A stretch of 61,058 nt of DNA, the filler included. It is 8 parts of 8 records of this genome, joined end to end, with 100 filler letters (N's around TTAATTAATTAA, not from the genome) between each part and the next. Parts side by side here need not be neighbours in the genome. Positions count along the whole stretch, not along the records: positions 22,098 to 28,234 come from SRR31147125_49462; positions 28,335 to 34,811 come from SRR31147125_49499; positions 34,912 to 39,974 come from SRR31147125_49512; 5 more parts are not named here. One strand, written 5' to 3'. The notes beneath the pieces are model-generated. The model made no database searches. It saw only the letters and a program-made list of their open reading frames with translations, and was not told the origin of the DNA. Below are positions 24,295 through 36,208 of the stretch, piece by piece. The position numbers and the translations under genes were made by a program. Position 1 is the first letter of the stretch. Each line of letters starts with the position of its first letter.

Positions 24295-25629
24295 ATGAAA
24301 CTTTGGGATAAAGGCTATTCAGTAAACAAGCTCATTGAAGATTTTACAGTTGGTAAGGATAGAGAGCTTGATTTATATCTTGCAAAATTTGATGTGCTCG
24401 GTTCAATGGCTCATGCAACAATGCTTGAGAAAATTGACCTGCTGAAGAAAGATGAATTAGAAGCATTGCTTAAAGAATTAAGATCAATTTATAATGTTGT
24501 TGAAGCAGGTGGATTTATTATTGAAGATGGGGTAGAAGATGTTCATTCCCAGGTTGAAAATCTTTTAACGTTGAAATTGGGTGATGTTGGTAAGAAAATT
24601 CATAGCGGTCGATCAAGGAACGATCAGGTTTTACTTGATTTAAAGTTGTTTGCTCGTGACCAGATTGAAGAATTGGTTAATTCAATGAATGGTCTTTTTG
24701 AAGTATTGATCAGTCAGGCTGATAAGTTTAAAGATCAATTGATGCCTGGTTATACGCATTTGCAGGTGGCCATGCCTTCTTCGTTTGGATTGTGGTTTAG
24801 TGCTTATGCCGAAAGTCTTGTTGATGATTTATTGCTATTGCAAGCCGCATGGAAAATTACAAACCAGAATCCCTTAGGGTCTGCGGCTGGTTATGGTTCG
24901 TCCTTTCCGCTTGATCGACAGATGACCACCGATTTATTGGGCTTTGACTCGATGAATTACAACGTTATTTATGCTCAGATGGGGCGTGGGAAAATGGAAA
25001 AAACAGTTTCTTTTGCATTGTCGTCAATTGCAGCAACATTGTCGAAGTTGGCTTTTGATGTTTGCTTGTTTATTTCCCAAAACTTCGGATTTGTTTCGTT
25101 GCCGGATGAATTAACCACCGGTTCGAGTATTATGCCTCATAAAAAGAACCCTGATGTTTTTGAGTTAATTCGTTCGCATTGCAATAAATTACAGGCGCTT
25201 CCTGTTCAGATTGGCATGATGGTTAATAATTTGCCCAGCGGTTATTTTCGCGATCTTCAAATTGTGAAAGAAGTGTTTTTGCCCGCATTTGAAGAATTGC
25301 AAGCCTGTATTCATATTGCGACTTTTGCGTTGTCTGAAATGTCTGTAGAAGAAAATCTTCTTGAAGATGATCGATATAAATATGTATTCAGTGTTGAAGA
25401 TGTAAATCAATTGGTTCAAAGCGGGATACCTTTCCGTGATGCCTATAAACAGGTAGGGCATCAAATTCAAAAAGGGGAATATGAGCCAGCAAGGGAAGTA
25501 ACTCACACCCATGCAGGAAGCCTGGGGAATTTATGCTTGAAGGAAATTAAAGGAAAAAAAGAACTTGTTGTTGGTGGTTTTGATTTTCAGAAAGTGAATG
25601 ATGCTTTGTCTAACTTATTAAAAAGCTAA
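24295..25629 (+). CDS. argH: Argininosuccinate lyase
   Basis: KLW, EDVHS, HSGRSRNDQ, MPGYTHLQVA, GSSIMPHKKNPD signature; Bacteroidota-type short form. Confidence 0.97.
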   Translation: MKLWDKGYSVNKLIEDFTVGKDRELDLYLAKFDVLGSMAHATMLEKIDLLKKDELEALLKELRSIYNVVEAGGFIIEDGVEDVHSQVENLLTLKLGDVGKKIHSGRSRNDQVLLDLKLFARDQIEELVNSMNGLFEVLISQADKFKDQLMPGYTHLQVAMPSSFGLWFSAYAESLVDDLLLLQAAWKITNQNPLGSAAGYGSSFPLDRQMTTDLLGFDSMNYNVIYAQMGRGKMEKTVSFALSSIAATLSKLAFDVCLFISQNFGFVSLPDELTTGSSIMPHKKNPDVFELIRSHCNKLQALPVQIGMMVNNLPSGYFRDLQIVKEVFLPAFEELQACIHIATFALSEMSVEENLLEDDRYKYVFSVEDVNQLVQSGIPFRDAYKQVGHQIQKGEYEPAREVTHTHAGSLGNLCLKEIKGKKELVVGGFDFQKVNDALSNLLKS

Positions 25630-25787
25630 CCATCTGTTAATTAAATGTTATCAATAAAAATAGGTGTTTTGGTGAATTGAAAATCGGTCCTTTTTATAAC
25701 TTCCTTGACTTCACCTTGTTATGAAATTGAATTGACAAAGTAAATAGCTGGTGGTATGTTGTTGAGCATGCTTTGTTGCCGTGAAAA

Positions 25788-25818
25788 TTGGATAATATCT
25801 CATTTTTGGCTATTTTTG
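25788..25818 (+). promoter_or_regulatory. Possible Bacteroidota sigma-70 promoter (-33 TTG / -7 TAnnTTTG) for gltB
   Basis: TTG at 25788-25790, 20-nt spacer, TATTTTTG at 25811-25818, upstream of gltB. Confidence 0.35.
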
Positions 25819-25938
25819 CTTTCACTTCGATAGAATTTTGTGGGTTTTGCTTATAAATCTCAAATATCAATGATATCTTGAGATGTGTCTTGTTGTGAAT
25901 AATAGGACGGTTTGTGATAATATTTTAAAAATGGATAA

Positions 25939-28234
25939 ATGATGCAGTTAGGAATTCCGGAAAAAAAGGGACTATACCGCTCAGAATTTGAACATGGGAG
26001 TTGTGGGATTGGCTTTGTTGCCAATTTGAAAGGTCGAAAAAAGCACAGTGTTATTTCTGATGCTTTGTCAATGTTAGCCAGGATGGAACACCGTGGAGGA
26101 ACTGGGTTTGATATAAAAAGTGGTGATGGAGCTGGTATTTTGTTACAAATTCCACACGAACTTTTCATGGAAGAATGCCCTAAGATTGGTATTAAGTTGC
26201 CAACTTTTGGTGAATATGGCGTTGCCATGATCTTTTTCCCTAAAGAAGACAGAAAACGTTCTGAATGTAAAGATATTATTAGTCGAAACTTGCATAAGTT
26301 TGACTTACCTTATTTAGGTTATCGTAAGGTGCCAGTTGATAATTCTGATTTAGGCCGTGATTCAATGGCTACTGAACCAGATATTCAACAGCTGTTTATT
26401 GGTAAGCCTGAAGGAATGTCTGTTGAGGAATTTGATCGTAAGCTTTTTATTTTAGAAAGTACACTGAACGTATTGCTCGCGAGTCTGTTTCTGGATTAGG
26501 GTATGATGGACTAAACATCATTTCTTGTTCTTATAAAACAATCAATTATAAAGGTCAGTTAACAACCGATCAGGTTACGCTATATTTTAAAGACCTTGCC
26601 AATGACCTAGCAGTAAGTGCAATTGCATTGGTTCATTCCCGTTTTTCAACCAATACATTCCCATCGTGGAAGTTGGCTCAGCCTTTCCGATTTATTGCTC
26701 ACAATGGTGAGATCAATACCAATAAAGGAAATGTAAACTGGATGCGTGCCCGCGAAACCCTGCTTGAATGTACCCAATTTACACGCGAAGAGCTGGAGAT
26801 GGTTTTCCCAATTTGCGACTTAAAAGCATCGGATAGTGCCAATCTGGATATGGCTATTGAGATGTTGGTACTTAGCGGAAGATCACTACCGCAGGTATTG
26901 ATGATGTTGATTCCTGAAGCATGGCAAAATGATCCTGATATGGATCAAGAGAAAAAGGATTTCTACGAGTTCTATTCAGCAATGATGGAACCATGGGATG
27001 GTCCGGCTTCAGTTTGTTTTACCGATGGAGTACTTGTAGGTGCAACATTAGATAGAAATGGATTACGTCCTTCCCGCTATTGTGTTACTGACGATGATAC
27101 ATTAATTATGGCTTCTGAAACAGGGGTTATTGATGTTGATCATGCAAAAGTGAAAATTCGCGGAAGATTGCAACCCGGAAAAATGTTTGTTGCTGATTTG
27201 GAGCAAGGACGCATTATATCCGACGAAGAATTGAAAGCTGATATCTGTTCACGCCAACCTTATGGGAAATGGGTGAAAGATAACATGACTTATATTGATG
27301 AACTTCCTTCACTTCCTGATCTTGAATTGAAAGATCCGGATAAGAATACCATCTTTAAAAGACAAAAAGCATTTGGTTTCACCAATGAAGATATTGAAAT
27401 AATATTGCAGCCGATGGCTGAAACTGGGAAAGAGGCAATTGGTTCAATGGGTGCTGATAATCCGTTGGCTGTGCTTTCTGACCGTCCGGTGAACTTGTCA
27501 CATTATTTCAAGCAATTATTTGCTCAGGTAACCAACCCGCCTATTGATCCAATTCGGGAGCGCGTGGTTATGGACTTGCGTACCTATGCTGGTGGATTTA
27601 AAAATATCCTGACTGAATCTGCAGAACATTGTCGTCGTATTGCAATTGATCAGCCTGTTCTTACAAATGAACAACTGGTGAAACTGGCTTACGTTGACCA
27701 TTCTCATTTTCAAACCAAAAAAATTAGCATTGTTTTCCAGGCTAATGGAGAAGAAGGCAAATTAGAAAAGAAATTAGAGCGCTTATGTTCTTATGTAGAA
27801 GATGCAATTGATGAAGGATATTCAATCATATTGCTGTCTGACTTCTCTATTAGTACAGATCATGCGCCAATACCATCTATACTTGCAGCTTCGGCTATTC
27901 ATCATCACTTAATTCGTACCGGGAAACGTGGTAAGGCTGATATTATCATGGAAGCTGGCGACGTGCGTGAGGTGCATCACTTTGCAACTTTATTGGGTTA
28001 TGGTGTTTCTGCAATTAACCCATATATGGCGATTGATACCATTAAGCAAATGGTTGCTGAAAATGTCATTAAAGATATTTCAAGCGAAAAAGCTGTTAAG
28101 AATTATGTGAAGGCAATTGGAGGAGGACTTCTTAAGATTTTCTCCAAAATGGGTATTTCAACTCTGGCTTCATATCAGGGAGCTCAAATTTTTGAGATTC
28201 TTGGAATTAATTCAGAGGTTGTTGATAAATACTT
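25939..28234 (+). CDS. gltB: Glutamate synthase large subunit, N-terminal part (frameshift near 26450; 3' truncated)
   Basis: EHGSCGIGF, HRGG, GDGAGIL, HSRFSTNTFPSW, HNGEINT, EPWDGPA, FAQVTNPPID, SKMGISTLASYQGAQIF. Adding one T restores IFRKYTER...YKGQL. Confidence 0.96.
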
Positions 28235-28334
28235 NNNNNNNNNNNNNNNNNNNNNNNNNNNNNNNNNNNNNNNNNNNNTTAATTAATTAANNNNNNNNNN
28301 NNNNNNNNNNNNNNNNNNNNNNNNNNNNNNNNNN
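28235..28334. other. Artificial contig spacer
   Basis: N44-TTAATTAATTAA-N44. Confidence 0.98.
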
Positions 28335-28371
28335 GCAGTAATACAAACAGAAGACCAATAACTTTCTTCAT
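28335..28371 (-). CDS. Start of an exported protein (signal peptide only; truncated)
   Basis: MKKVIGLLFVLL preceded by a GAGGAGGGAAGGA Shine-Dalgarno. Confidence 0.55.
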
Positions 28372-28759
28372 TGTCCTTCCCTCCTCATTTGGTTTATTGT
28401 CAAATTCCATTGTAGCTTTAAGGATATGGCATGTCAAATCATATCGGGTTAATGGTGATAAAAGAAGGTTTTTTAACAATAAATCAATAATTATTGCTGT
28501 TTCACTGCGCTTGTTCCGCACGCTTGTTCCACTATCCGTTTTTTCTTGAGACATTCCTTCGGTTGGTATACACTTATTTCTGACGATATAGACGATGTAT
28601 CAGATGATGAAATTTCGTGCCCCTGAACCTGGCCATTTACATATGGGGATCCGACAGGAAAAGCTGGAAAAGCTGAAAAAGTTATAAGCTGAAAAATCTG
28701 GCAGCTGAAGCCAGCTTACAACCGAAAGCAGCAGAAAGCAGCAGAAAGGATACGTATCC

Positions 28760-30229
28760 GTGGAAAACTATTGCCTGTTATGTAAATACAAGACCGTAAT
28801 ACAGGAAATGTGCAATGATTTTACCCGCACAACCGGCGTCGATGTTGCCTTGGTGGACAAGAGCTTAATTCGAATAGCCGCAACAGGTCGCTGTGCGGTA
28901 AATCAATTCCTCAATATCAACGGACTCATTCAGAAAACCGTTATTGAAAGCGGTGAGACACTCATAATTGAGAATCCTACCAGGGATCCGGAATGTCTCG
29001 ATTGTGAACAGAAGCTGTTCTGCAAAGAGACACTGGAAATCAGCATGCCTATCATGATGGAAGGGGCCGCAATCGGCTCACTCAGCATGATCACATTTAC
29101 CAGCAGTAACCGGGAACGGGTTCTGGCTCATATGGATCTTTTTAAAGAGCTTCTCAGCAATTTTATCGGCGGTCTTGAAGAGTTCCTCACAGCTCACAGA
29201 AAACGCAGTGAAGCAGAACCGAATCGTGAAAGAGAACGCCGTGAAAGCATTACTTTTTCTCAACTGATCGGCAATGCCCCTACCTTTGATTCGGTCGTTC
29301 AAAAGGCGAAACTGGTCGCTCCGAACGATGTTGCTGTCTTGATAACCGGTGAAAGCGGAACCGGAAAAGAGATGCTCGCTAATGCGATCCACAATGCAAG
29401 CCCCCGAAAGAAACATCCCTTTGTTGCTATTAACTGCGGCGCGATACCGGAAAATCTTATGGAATCAGAGCTGTTCGGCTATGTTGACGGAGCCTTTACC
29501 GGGGCAAGCCGCAAGGGACGTAAAGGAAAATTTGAACTGGCCGATAACGGAACCATCTTCCTTGATGAAATAACCGAAATGCCGATCAGCCTGCAGACAA
29601 CCTTGCTGCGTATCCTGCAGGAACAGCAGCTGGAACGTCTCGGCAGCAACAGTGCCGTTGATTTGAATGTCCGCGTTATCGCGGCTACCAATAAAGATAT
29701 CCAGATTCTGGTGAATGAGGGACTCTTCAGGGCTGATCTCTACTACCGTCTGAATGTCATTCCTCTGGAAATGCCGCCTCTTCGCGAACGGCAGGAAGAT
29801 ATAGTCCCGTTAATGAACCATTTCATGACAAAACACTCACTCTACATTACAAACCGGCATGTAGAGGACTTCAATGTCCCCAAGGATATTTTTGAGTTCT
29901 TTAAAAGCTACCATTGGCCCGGCAACATTCGTGAACTTGAAAATGTAATTATACACATGTTGAATTTAATGGATGGTCTTGGTCATGTGACTTTTGATTC
30001 ACTGCCTGTCTATATGTTCGATAAAAGCTTTCCTACCCATAAATACTCCTATACCGCGTCAGATCTGGTTTCGCTTGAGACACTGGAAAAAACCGCCATT
30101 ACCAAAGCCCTGGAATATTTCGGCAGCTCGACTGAGGGTAAACAAGCTGCCGCTGAGCGGCTCGGCATAAGCCTTACCACGCTGTATCGAAAGCTGAGTC
30201 GTTATCATATCCATGTCGATGAGGAATAA
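28760..30229 (+). CDS. Sigma54-dependent transcriptional activator (YgeV/PrdR-like: sensor domain, AAA+, Fis HTH)
   Basis: GESGTGKE, ESELFG, GAFTGA, FLDEI, FRADLYYRLNV, WPGNIREL and C-terminal AAERLGISLTTLYRKL. N-terminal RIAATG...C..C....C motif as in YgeV. Confidence 0.92.
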   Translation: MENYCLLCKYKTVIQEMCNDFTRTTGVDVALVDKSLIRIAATGRCAVNQFLNINGLIQKTVIESGETLIIENPTRDPECLDCEQKLFCKETLEISMPIMMEGAAIGSLSMITFTSSNRERVLAHMDLFKELLSNFIGGLEEFLTAHRKRSEAEPNRERERRESITFSQLIGNAPTFDSVVQKAKLVAPNDVAVLITGESGTGKEMLANAIHNASPRKKHPFVAINCGAIPENLMESELFGYVDGAFTGASRKGRKGKFELADNGTIFLDEITEMPISLQTTLLRILQEQQLERLGSNSAVDLNVRVIAATNKDIQILVNEGLFRADLYYRLNVIPLEMPPLRERQEDIVPLMNHFMTKHSLYITNRHVEDFNVPKDIFEFFKSYHWPGNIRELENVIIHMLNLMDGLGHVTFDSLPVYMFDKSFPTHKYSYTASDLVSLETLEKTAITKALEYFGSSTEGKQAAAERLGISLTTLYRKLSRYHIHVDEE

Positions 30230-30275
30230 TTTGAGGCAGCCGATGCTGCCCCAAATGATAAGCACAGAATAACAA

Positions 30276-31238
30276 TTATCGTATCGGTTCATTCACCGGC
30301 CAGGAAGGTTTCTGACCTGATAACACTTCATGAATTCCCTGCGCGGCATGCAGCGCCATTTTCACCATACACTCGTTAGTGAGTGACGCGTTGTGCGGGG
30401 TAAGCATGACGTTATCCATGGTAAAAAAGGGATGATCATCCATGGGCGGTTCTTCCCGATACACATCGAAGCCGCCGCCCTTTATCGTACCGTTCTGCAG
30501 GGCTACAATCAGGTCATCCTCAACGATAATATCGCCGCGGGCCGCATTAATAATGAACGCGGTTGGTTTCATTAATGAAAACTCCCGTTTCCCGATGGAA
30601 CCCTTGGTTTTCGGTGTGGATGGTATATGAATCGTTACATAATCAGATTCGGTAAATACTTCATCCCATGATTCCACACGCGTCACTTCCCGCGGGAAAT
30701 CTTCTTCAGGCAAGTAGGGATCATACCCGAGGATATGCATGCCAAGTCCTAAGTGGGCTTTACGTGCTACAAGCCGGCCAATTTTACCCATTCCCAGAAC
30801 TCCGAGCGTCTTGCCCTCTATATCAATACCGCGAATTGTGGATCTGATCGCGAAATTGTTGTTCCTTGTCTCTCTGTCGCAGATGATCAGGTTTCTGCCT
30901 AGACCCAAAATAAAACCAAGCACCAGTTCGGATACCGTACTCGAGTTCGATTCGGGACCGTTGGTTACCTGAATCCCCAGTTCCGTAGCTTTGGCCACAT
31001 CGATATTGTCGACACCCACCCCAAAACGGGAAACCACTTTCAGCTTCTTTCCGGCTTCCAGAACCTCGGCCGGGTACTGTGCCGTCCGAACCAGCATGGC
31101 ATCGCAATCAACCACTTCTTGTTTAATGGTATCGGCCGAAAAGCCGCTGCCCATAATTACTTCATATCCATTATCACGCAGATACTGTTTTCCTTCCTCG
31201 GGAATGTCCTGCGGAATTAACACTTTAAACGCTGACAT
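30276..31238 (-). CDS. D-isomer-specific 2-hydroxyacid dehydrogenase (SerA-like, no ACT domain)
   Basis: GVGVDNID, GVLGMGKIG, INAARG, DVYREEP, TPHNA. Confidence 0.92.
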   Translation of the reverse strand: MSAFKVLIPQDIPEEGKQYLRDNGYEVIMGSGFSADTIKQEVVDCDAMLVRTAQYPAEVLEAGKKLKVVSRFGVGVDNIDVAKATELGIQVTNGPESNSSTVSELVLGFILGLGRNLIICDRETRNNNFAIRSTIRGIDIEGKTLGVLGMGKIGRLVARKAHLGLGMHILGYDPYLPEEDFPREVTRVESWDEVFTESDYVTIHIPSTPKTKGSIGKREFSLMKPTAFIINAARGDIIVEDDLIVALQNGTIKGGGFDVYREEPPMDDHPFFTMDNVMLTPHNASLTNECMVKMALHAAQGIHEVLSGQKPSWPVNEPIR

Positions 31239-31281
31239 TATTTGCTCCTGCTGTCGCTTCGTTTGATTTTACATCAGTATC

Positions 31282-32040
31282 CTATTCACCGAATTTCTGA
31301 GCGATATTCTTAAATCCGCCTGTTAGTACTCCAATATCAATACTGCTCATTACCATGCTCATGCCTTCGGGAAGCCACTTTTCAAGTAACGCATCACTGC
31401 CGTGGATAGCAAATATTTTTCCCTGTGCTTTTGCCGCAGCGGCAACTTTACCAATTGCGTCCTGAACGACATCTCCCATAATTTCTCCAGGGACACCCAT
31501 CGATATCGATAGGTCGTTGGGACCGATCAGGAGCACATCAATTCCATCAAACGCGGCAATTTCGTCTATCTTCTCTATAGCTTCAGCTGTTTCAATCTGG
31601 GCAATGGCTAATGTCTCCTCATTTTGTCGAGCCATGAATTCAGCAGTGCTGCCGCCCATTCCCGCATAATCGGTATGCTCACCGTTACTGCTGAGACCTC
31701 TGTCCCCTATAGGCGTATAACGCGACCATTTCACCAGATCCGCGGCCTGCTCAGCATTGCTCAGCATCGGGACCATAACCCCCTGAGCGCCTGCATCCAT
31801 GAGACGTGAAACGTAACCGCGCGCAAGCTCGGGTACTCGAACAAAAATACCCAGGCCGACCGAACGGGCTGTTTTAGCCACATCGGAAAAAGTCTCTATT
31901 GAAAATGTTCCATGCTCCATATCGAGCATAATGAAATCAAGTCCTGCCGCTTTTGCTATCAACGCTATGGCAGGGTTTCTGACCATTCTGACCATCGTTC
32001 CTACTGCTCGCTTTCCGGATCGTAATTTCTCTACAACCAT
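31282..32040 (-). CDS. HpcH/HpaI class II pyruvate aldolase
   Basis: GLDFIMLDMEHG, VRVP, DAGAQGVMVP, AQIET, IGPNDLS. Confidence 0.92.
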   Translation of the reverse strand: MVVEKLRSGKRAVGTMVRMVRNPAIALIAKAAGLDFIMLDMEHGTFSIETFSDVAKTARSVGLGIFVRVPELARGYVSRLMDAGAQGVMVPMLSNAEQAADLVKWSRYTPIGDRGLSSNGEHTDYAGMGGSTAEFMARQNEETLAIAQIETAEAIEKIDEIAAFDGIDVLLIGPNDLSISMGVPGEIMGDVVQDAIGKVAAAAKAQGKIFAIHGSDALLEKWLPEGMSMVMSSIDIGVLTGGFKNIAQKFGE

Positions 32041-32052
32041 CTTTTTCTCCCT

Positions 32053-33236
32053 TTATTTCATGTAAAATTTTGATGCCATCAGGGCATAATAACCAAGATA
32101 CGCCCCTTCAAGTTCCGATACTTCAATATATTCATCATTCATATGCGCCTGTTCTTCCCTGCTCGGTCCAAATCCCAAAGTGGGAATTCCCCGCTCTCCG
32201 GCGGAACAACTGCCGTTGGTACAGAATGAATAGGTGCCAATCTCTTTCTCTCCCAGACCAAAACTGTTAAAAGCTTCGAGTGCGGTACACACCGCATCAT
32301 GATCCTTATCCAGCAGCCAGGCCGGAACCATTTTTTTATGGCGTCCCTTATGCTGTGTAAAGGTTTCAATATCTGTTTCCGCGATATAGGTCTCCGCTTC
32401 GAATTCCGGATCCTCAATTGACAGGCGGTTTATACACTCTTTAATGGGCTGCAAAATGGATTCTTCCGTCTCCCCGGTCAGTAATCTGCGATCAAATGTT
32501 ACCATACAGGACTCGGGAATTACCGAGGCTCCCGGATAAGGGATGAAATTATATCCGTCAGTACCAGACTGCCGTTTCCAAGCACATCACATTTCTGTTC
32601 ATCCAGCTCCTCCAGACACTGCAGCAAACGCATCATTTTCAGGACCGCGTTAATACCTATGCTCGGGTTGGAGGAGTGGGCCGGACGCCCTTTGGTTTTC
32701 ACCACAATTTCAGCTCTGCCCCGCTGCCCGATATTCAGTTTTAATTGACTGGCTTCACCAATTATCACAATGTCGGGCTGCACCTCATCAATGACCGAGT
32801 TTAATGAGTAGCCTTCCGCTATCTCCTCAAATACGGTTCCTGATACATAGATATCTCCATAGATATCGCTATTGTCCCGTTTTACATCCGCAGCCTGAAT
32901 CATTGCCGCCAGGGCGCCTTTCATGTCCGAGGCCCCTCGTCCGTAAATACGATTGTTCTCTACTTCGGCACCGAACGGCTCTTTTGTCCATGAACTTCTG
33001 TTTGCGATGGAAACTGTATCCAGATGCCCGTCAAAGAGGAGTGTTTTCCCGGAAGCAGTTCCATTAATTTTACCAATCACGTTTCCGACTTTATCGATTT
33101 TCACCTCATCAAATCCACGAATCAGCATTTCCTGCTTGAGAACTTTAACCAGTCTCTCCTCGCTGCCGGTTATGCTGGGTGTTTGAATCATCTTCCGACA
33201 CAGTCGCATCAGTTCGCTTCTTCTCTCGTTATTCAC
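32053..33236 (-). CDS. ygeY: M20 metallohydrolase, YgeY-like (frameshift near 32541)
   Basis: DGHLDTV, YGRGASDMKG, TVFEE, GQRGR, AHSSNP, TDIISS[P]YPGASV, FDRRL, YSFCTNG, GFGPS.E.AH. GTG start at 33236 with GGGAGG SD. Confidence 0.82.
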
Positions 33237-34811
33237 CGCTTTCAGCCTCCCTTTTTTCTTCAGGAGATATTGTATCGTTTCCGGCTTGGCAGGCAGATCG
33301 GTAACACGAACGCCAACCGCGTCATAAATGGCATTGATTACCGCGGGAGTTGTGGGAAGCATCGGCAGTTCACCCATGCCTTTCGCGCCATATGGTCCAA
33401 GCGGATGCTCATTTTCAATCACATCCGAAATCATGATCGGAGTCATATCAATAGTAGGAACACCGATCTTTTTCAGAGTGTCTGTCTGCATCTTCTCAGC
33501 GTTCATATGAAACGCCTCGCTAAGCGCGTATCCGATTCCCATCATGATACCGCCCTCGATTTGTCCTCTTGCTCCGGCGGGGTTGATCATCTTGCCGGCA
33601 TCATGGGCTGCCAGTACTTTCAGCACATCAACTTTTCCTGTCTCCGTGTTTACGGCAGCGATCACGGCTTGTGTCCCATAACAGTAGGAAAAGTGCAGTC
33701 TGTAGGGAGCATCTTCCCGTTCAGAGTTGTCGGTAATGGTTGAAACCGGAACTGTTGCGGGCGCGGTAAACGTACCGCAAGCGGAAAGGGTTCGGGACCA
33801 AAACGATTATAGAGTTCCCGCAGGGTGATAATTTCTTCCCCGTTTTCAGTCGATACAACCGCGTTATTCTTAATATCCAGTTTTCCGGCTGCTTCTACCC
33901 CATTGGCATTGAGCTCTGCGTCTCCATAAACCAGATCCAGAATACTGTTCTTCAATTTAGCGGCGGCTATCTGAACAGCGTTACCGGAAACGAAGGTCTG
34001 CCGGGATGCCGTGGTAACACCGCTGTCCAGAGTCTGGGCAGTATCATTCACCAAAAGAGAAATCGCACCGGGGTTTGTCTTGAAAACTTCGGCGGCAATA
34101 TTCCGTACAACGGTATCCGATCCCTGTCCGCTGTCAACAGCAGATGCTTTCACTATCAACCCTTCAGGACCCAGCTCTACAATAGCCCGGGCGGTATCAT
34201 CCATACCGGAGCCGAGTCCGACATTCTTCATCGCGCTGGCTATTCCAACCCCGTATTGTATCGGTGTTCCCGGTTCTTGTTCAGGCAGCAGCTCTTTCTG
34301 CAGACGCTCCCTGACAATTTCAATACTCTCTTTGAGTCCCACGCTTGAGGTAAGAACCTGCCCGCCAACGGTATGAACACCTGGTTCAAGCCCGTTCAGA
34401 AGACGTAGTACGAAGCGATCCATACCCAGTTTCTCGGCCAGCATGTCCATGATTATTTCCGACGCGACTGCGGGTTGATTACTTCCAAAACCGCGCATTG
34501 CTCCGGCCGGGGTTCTGTTGGTATAGACGGCTTTACCATAGATATCGGCATTGGGGATGTTGTAGGGTCCGGGAGCAAACAGCACCGAACGCAGAATTAC
34601 CGCTTCACCCGCGGATGGGTATGCGCCTGTATCGGCAATAATATCGGCAGTAAATGCCTGTATCCTGCCCTGTCGATCTGCTCCAATTTTATAGTGCAGA
34701 ATTTCGGCATGGCGTTTACTCGTTCGCAGCAGAACATCTTTACGGCTCATTACCATATGAACCGCTCTACCGGTTATAAGCGTTCCTAAGGCAGCGTGAA
34801 CCTGAATGGTG
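33229..34811 (-). CDS. Xanthine dehydrogenase-family molybdopterin-binding subunit (5' truncated; frameshifts near 33786 and probably 33255)
   Basis: SKRHA, DTGAY, GAMRGFG, GQGSDT, TTASRQT, GQIEGG, GPYGAKGMGELP. Confidence 0.9.
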
Positions 34812-34911
34812 NNNNNNNNNNNNNNNNNNNNNNNNNNNNNNNNNNNNNNNNNNNNTTAATTAATTAANNNNNNNNNNNNNNNNNNNNNNNNNNNNNNNNN
34901 NNNNNNNNNNN
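34812..34911. other. Artificial contig spacer
   Basis: N44-TTAATTAATTAA-N44. Confidence 0.98.
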
Positions 34912-34963
34912 GATGGCGCTCGATATCGGCTTTGAGATGGGATTCGAGTATGCAAATTATTAA
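34912..34963 (+). CDS. 3' end of an upstream gene (possibly 2-oxoacid:ferredoxin oxidoreductase gamma subunit)
   Basis: Reads ..MALDIGFEMGFEYANY* just before the icd SD; too short to be sure. Confidence 0.25.
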
Positions 34964-34987
34964 TTCTAAGAGGAGCGAAGTGTATTC

Positions 34988-36208
34988 ATGTCAAAAATTA
35001 AGGTAATAACCCCTGTAGTGGAGTTGGATGGAGATGAAATGACAAGAATTATCTGGTCATTTATAAAAGAGAAATTGATACTTCCTTATCTTGATATAGA
35101 TCTGAAATATTACGATCTATCGATTCAAAAACGAGATGAGACAGAAGACAAGATCACTGTTGACGCTGCCAACGCAATAAAAAAATTTGGTGTAGGCATC
35201 AAATGTGCCGGTATTACTCCCGATGAAGGGAGAGTTAAAGAGTTCAATCTTAAACAGATGTGGCGTTCTCCCAATGGTACTATACGTAACATCATTGGAG
35301 GCACTGTTTTTAGACAACCGATCCTCTGCAACAATATACCTCGACTAGTTCAGGGATGGACAAAACCTATCGTGATTGGTCGTCACGCTTTCGGGGACCA
35401 ATATAGAGCTACAGATTTCCTGATTCCTGGGCCAGGTAAACTAACAATGCAGTTTAAACCAGATGATGGAGGTCAACCATTGGAATATGAAATATTTGAA
35501 TTCCGTGACAGTGGTTGTGCCTTAGGCATGTATAATCTTGATACATCAATTCGAGGATTTGCAAGATCATGTATGAATTATGGATTGATGCTTGGATGGC
35601 CAGTTTACCTGTCAACAAAGAACACTATTTTAAAGAACTACGATGGTCGTTTTAAAGATATTTTTCAGGAAGTGTTTGATAATGAGTTTGCCGAAAAGTT
35701 TAAAGAAATTGGTATTACTTATGAACATCGACTCATAGATGACATGGTTGCATCAGCTCTAAAATGGGAAGGTGGTTTTGTTTGGGCCTGCAAGAATTAT
35801 GATGGTGATGTCCAATCTGATACTGTCGCTCAAGGTTATGGATCTCTGGGTTTGATGACTTCTGTATTAATGACAGAAGATGGGAAAATTATTGAAACTG
35901 AAGCGGCTCACGGAACAGTAACGAGACACTATCGAGAACATCAAAAAGGCAACAAGACATCAACGAACCCAATTGCTTCAATATTTGCTTGGACCAGAGG
36001 ACTTTCTTATCGGGGTGAATTTGATAATACACCTGAAGTGGTAGAATTTGCAGAGACTCTTGAGCGTGTTTGTATTCAGACAGTCGAATCGGGTTTTATG
36101 ACAAAAGATCTAGCCGTGTTAGTAGGAGATACTCAACCGTTTCTCAATACCGAGCAATTTCTTGCTAAAATCGATGAAAACCTAAAGAGTTGTCTAGCTG
36201 ATAATTAA
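34988..36208 (+). CDS. icd: NADP-dependent isocitrate dehydrogenase (type II)
   Basis: [77 protein letters not shown]. Confidence 0.97.
   Translation: MSKIKVITPVVELDGDEMTRIIWSFIKEKLILPYLDIDLKYYDLSIQKRDETEDKITVDAANAIKKFGVGIKCAGITPDEGRVKEFNLKQMWRSPNGTIRNIIGGTVFRQPILCNNIPRLVQGWTKPIVIGRHAFGDQYRATDFLIPGPGKLTMQFKPDDGGQPLEYEIFEFRDSGCALGMYNLDTSIRGFARSCMNYGLMLGWPVYLSTKNTILKNYDGRFKDIFQEVFDNEFAEKFKEIGITYEHRLIDDMVASALKWEGGFVWACKNYDGDVQSDTVAQGYGSLGLMTSVLMTEDGKIIETEAAHGTVTRHYREHQKGNKTSTNPIASIFAWTRGLSYRGEFDNTPEVVEFAETLERVCIQTVESGFMTKDLAVLVGDTQPFLNTEQFLAKIDENLKSCLADN

Noticed and set aside
25939-28234. gltB, prpR-like, ygeY and arnT-like genes as pseudogenes or programmed frameshifts
   Set aside because: Single homopolymer indels with otherwise intact conserved sequence, shared across unrelated contigs; sequencing error is more likely.
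28660-28750. Recurrent AAGCTG and GAAAGCAGCA short repeats upstream of the sigma54 activator
   Set aside because: Short, irregularly spaced, low complexity; no constant repeat-spacer period and no cas genes.
32520-33665. Apparent Xdh C-terminus/M20 hydrolase fusion ORF (381 aa)
   Set aside because: A GGGAGG SD and GTG at 33236 sit at the junction. One more A in the A-run ends Xdh at a TAA overlapping that start (GTGAATAA), which is ordinary translational coupling.
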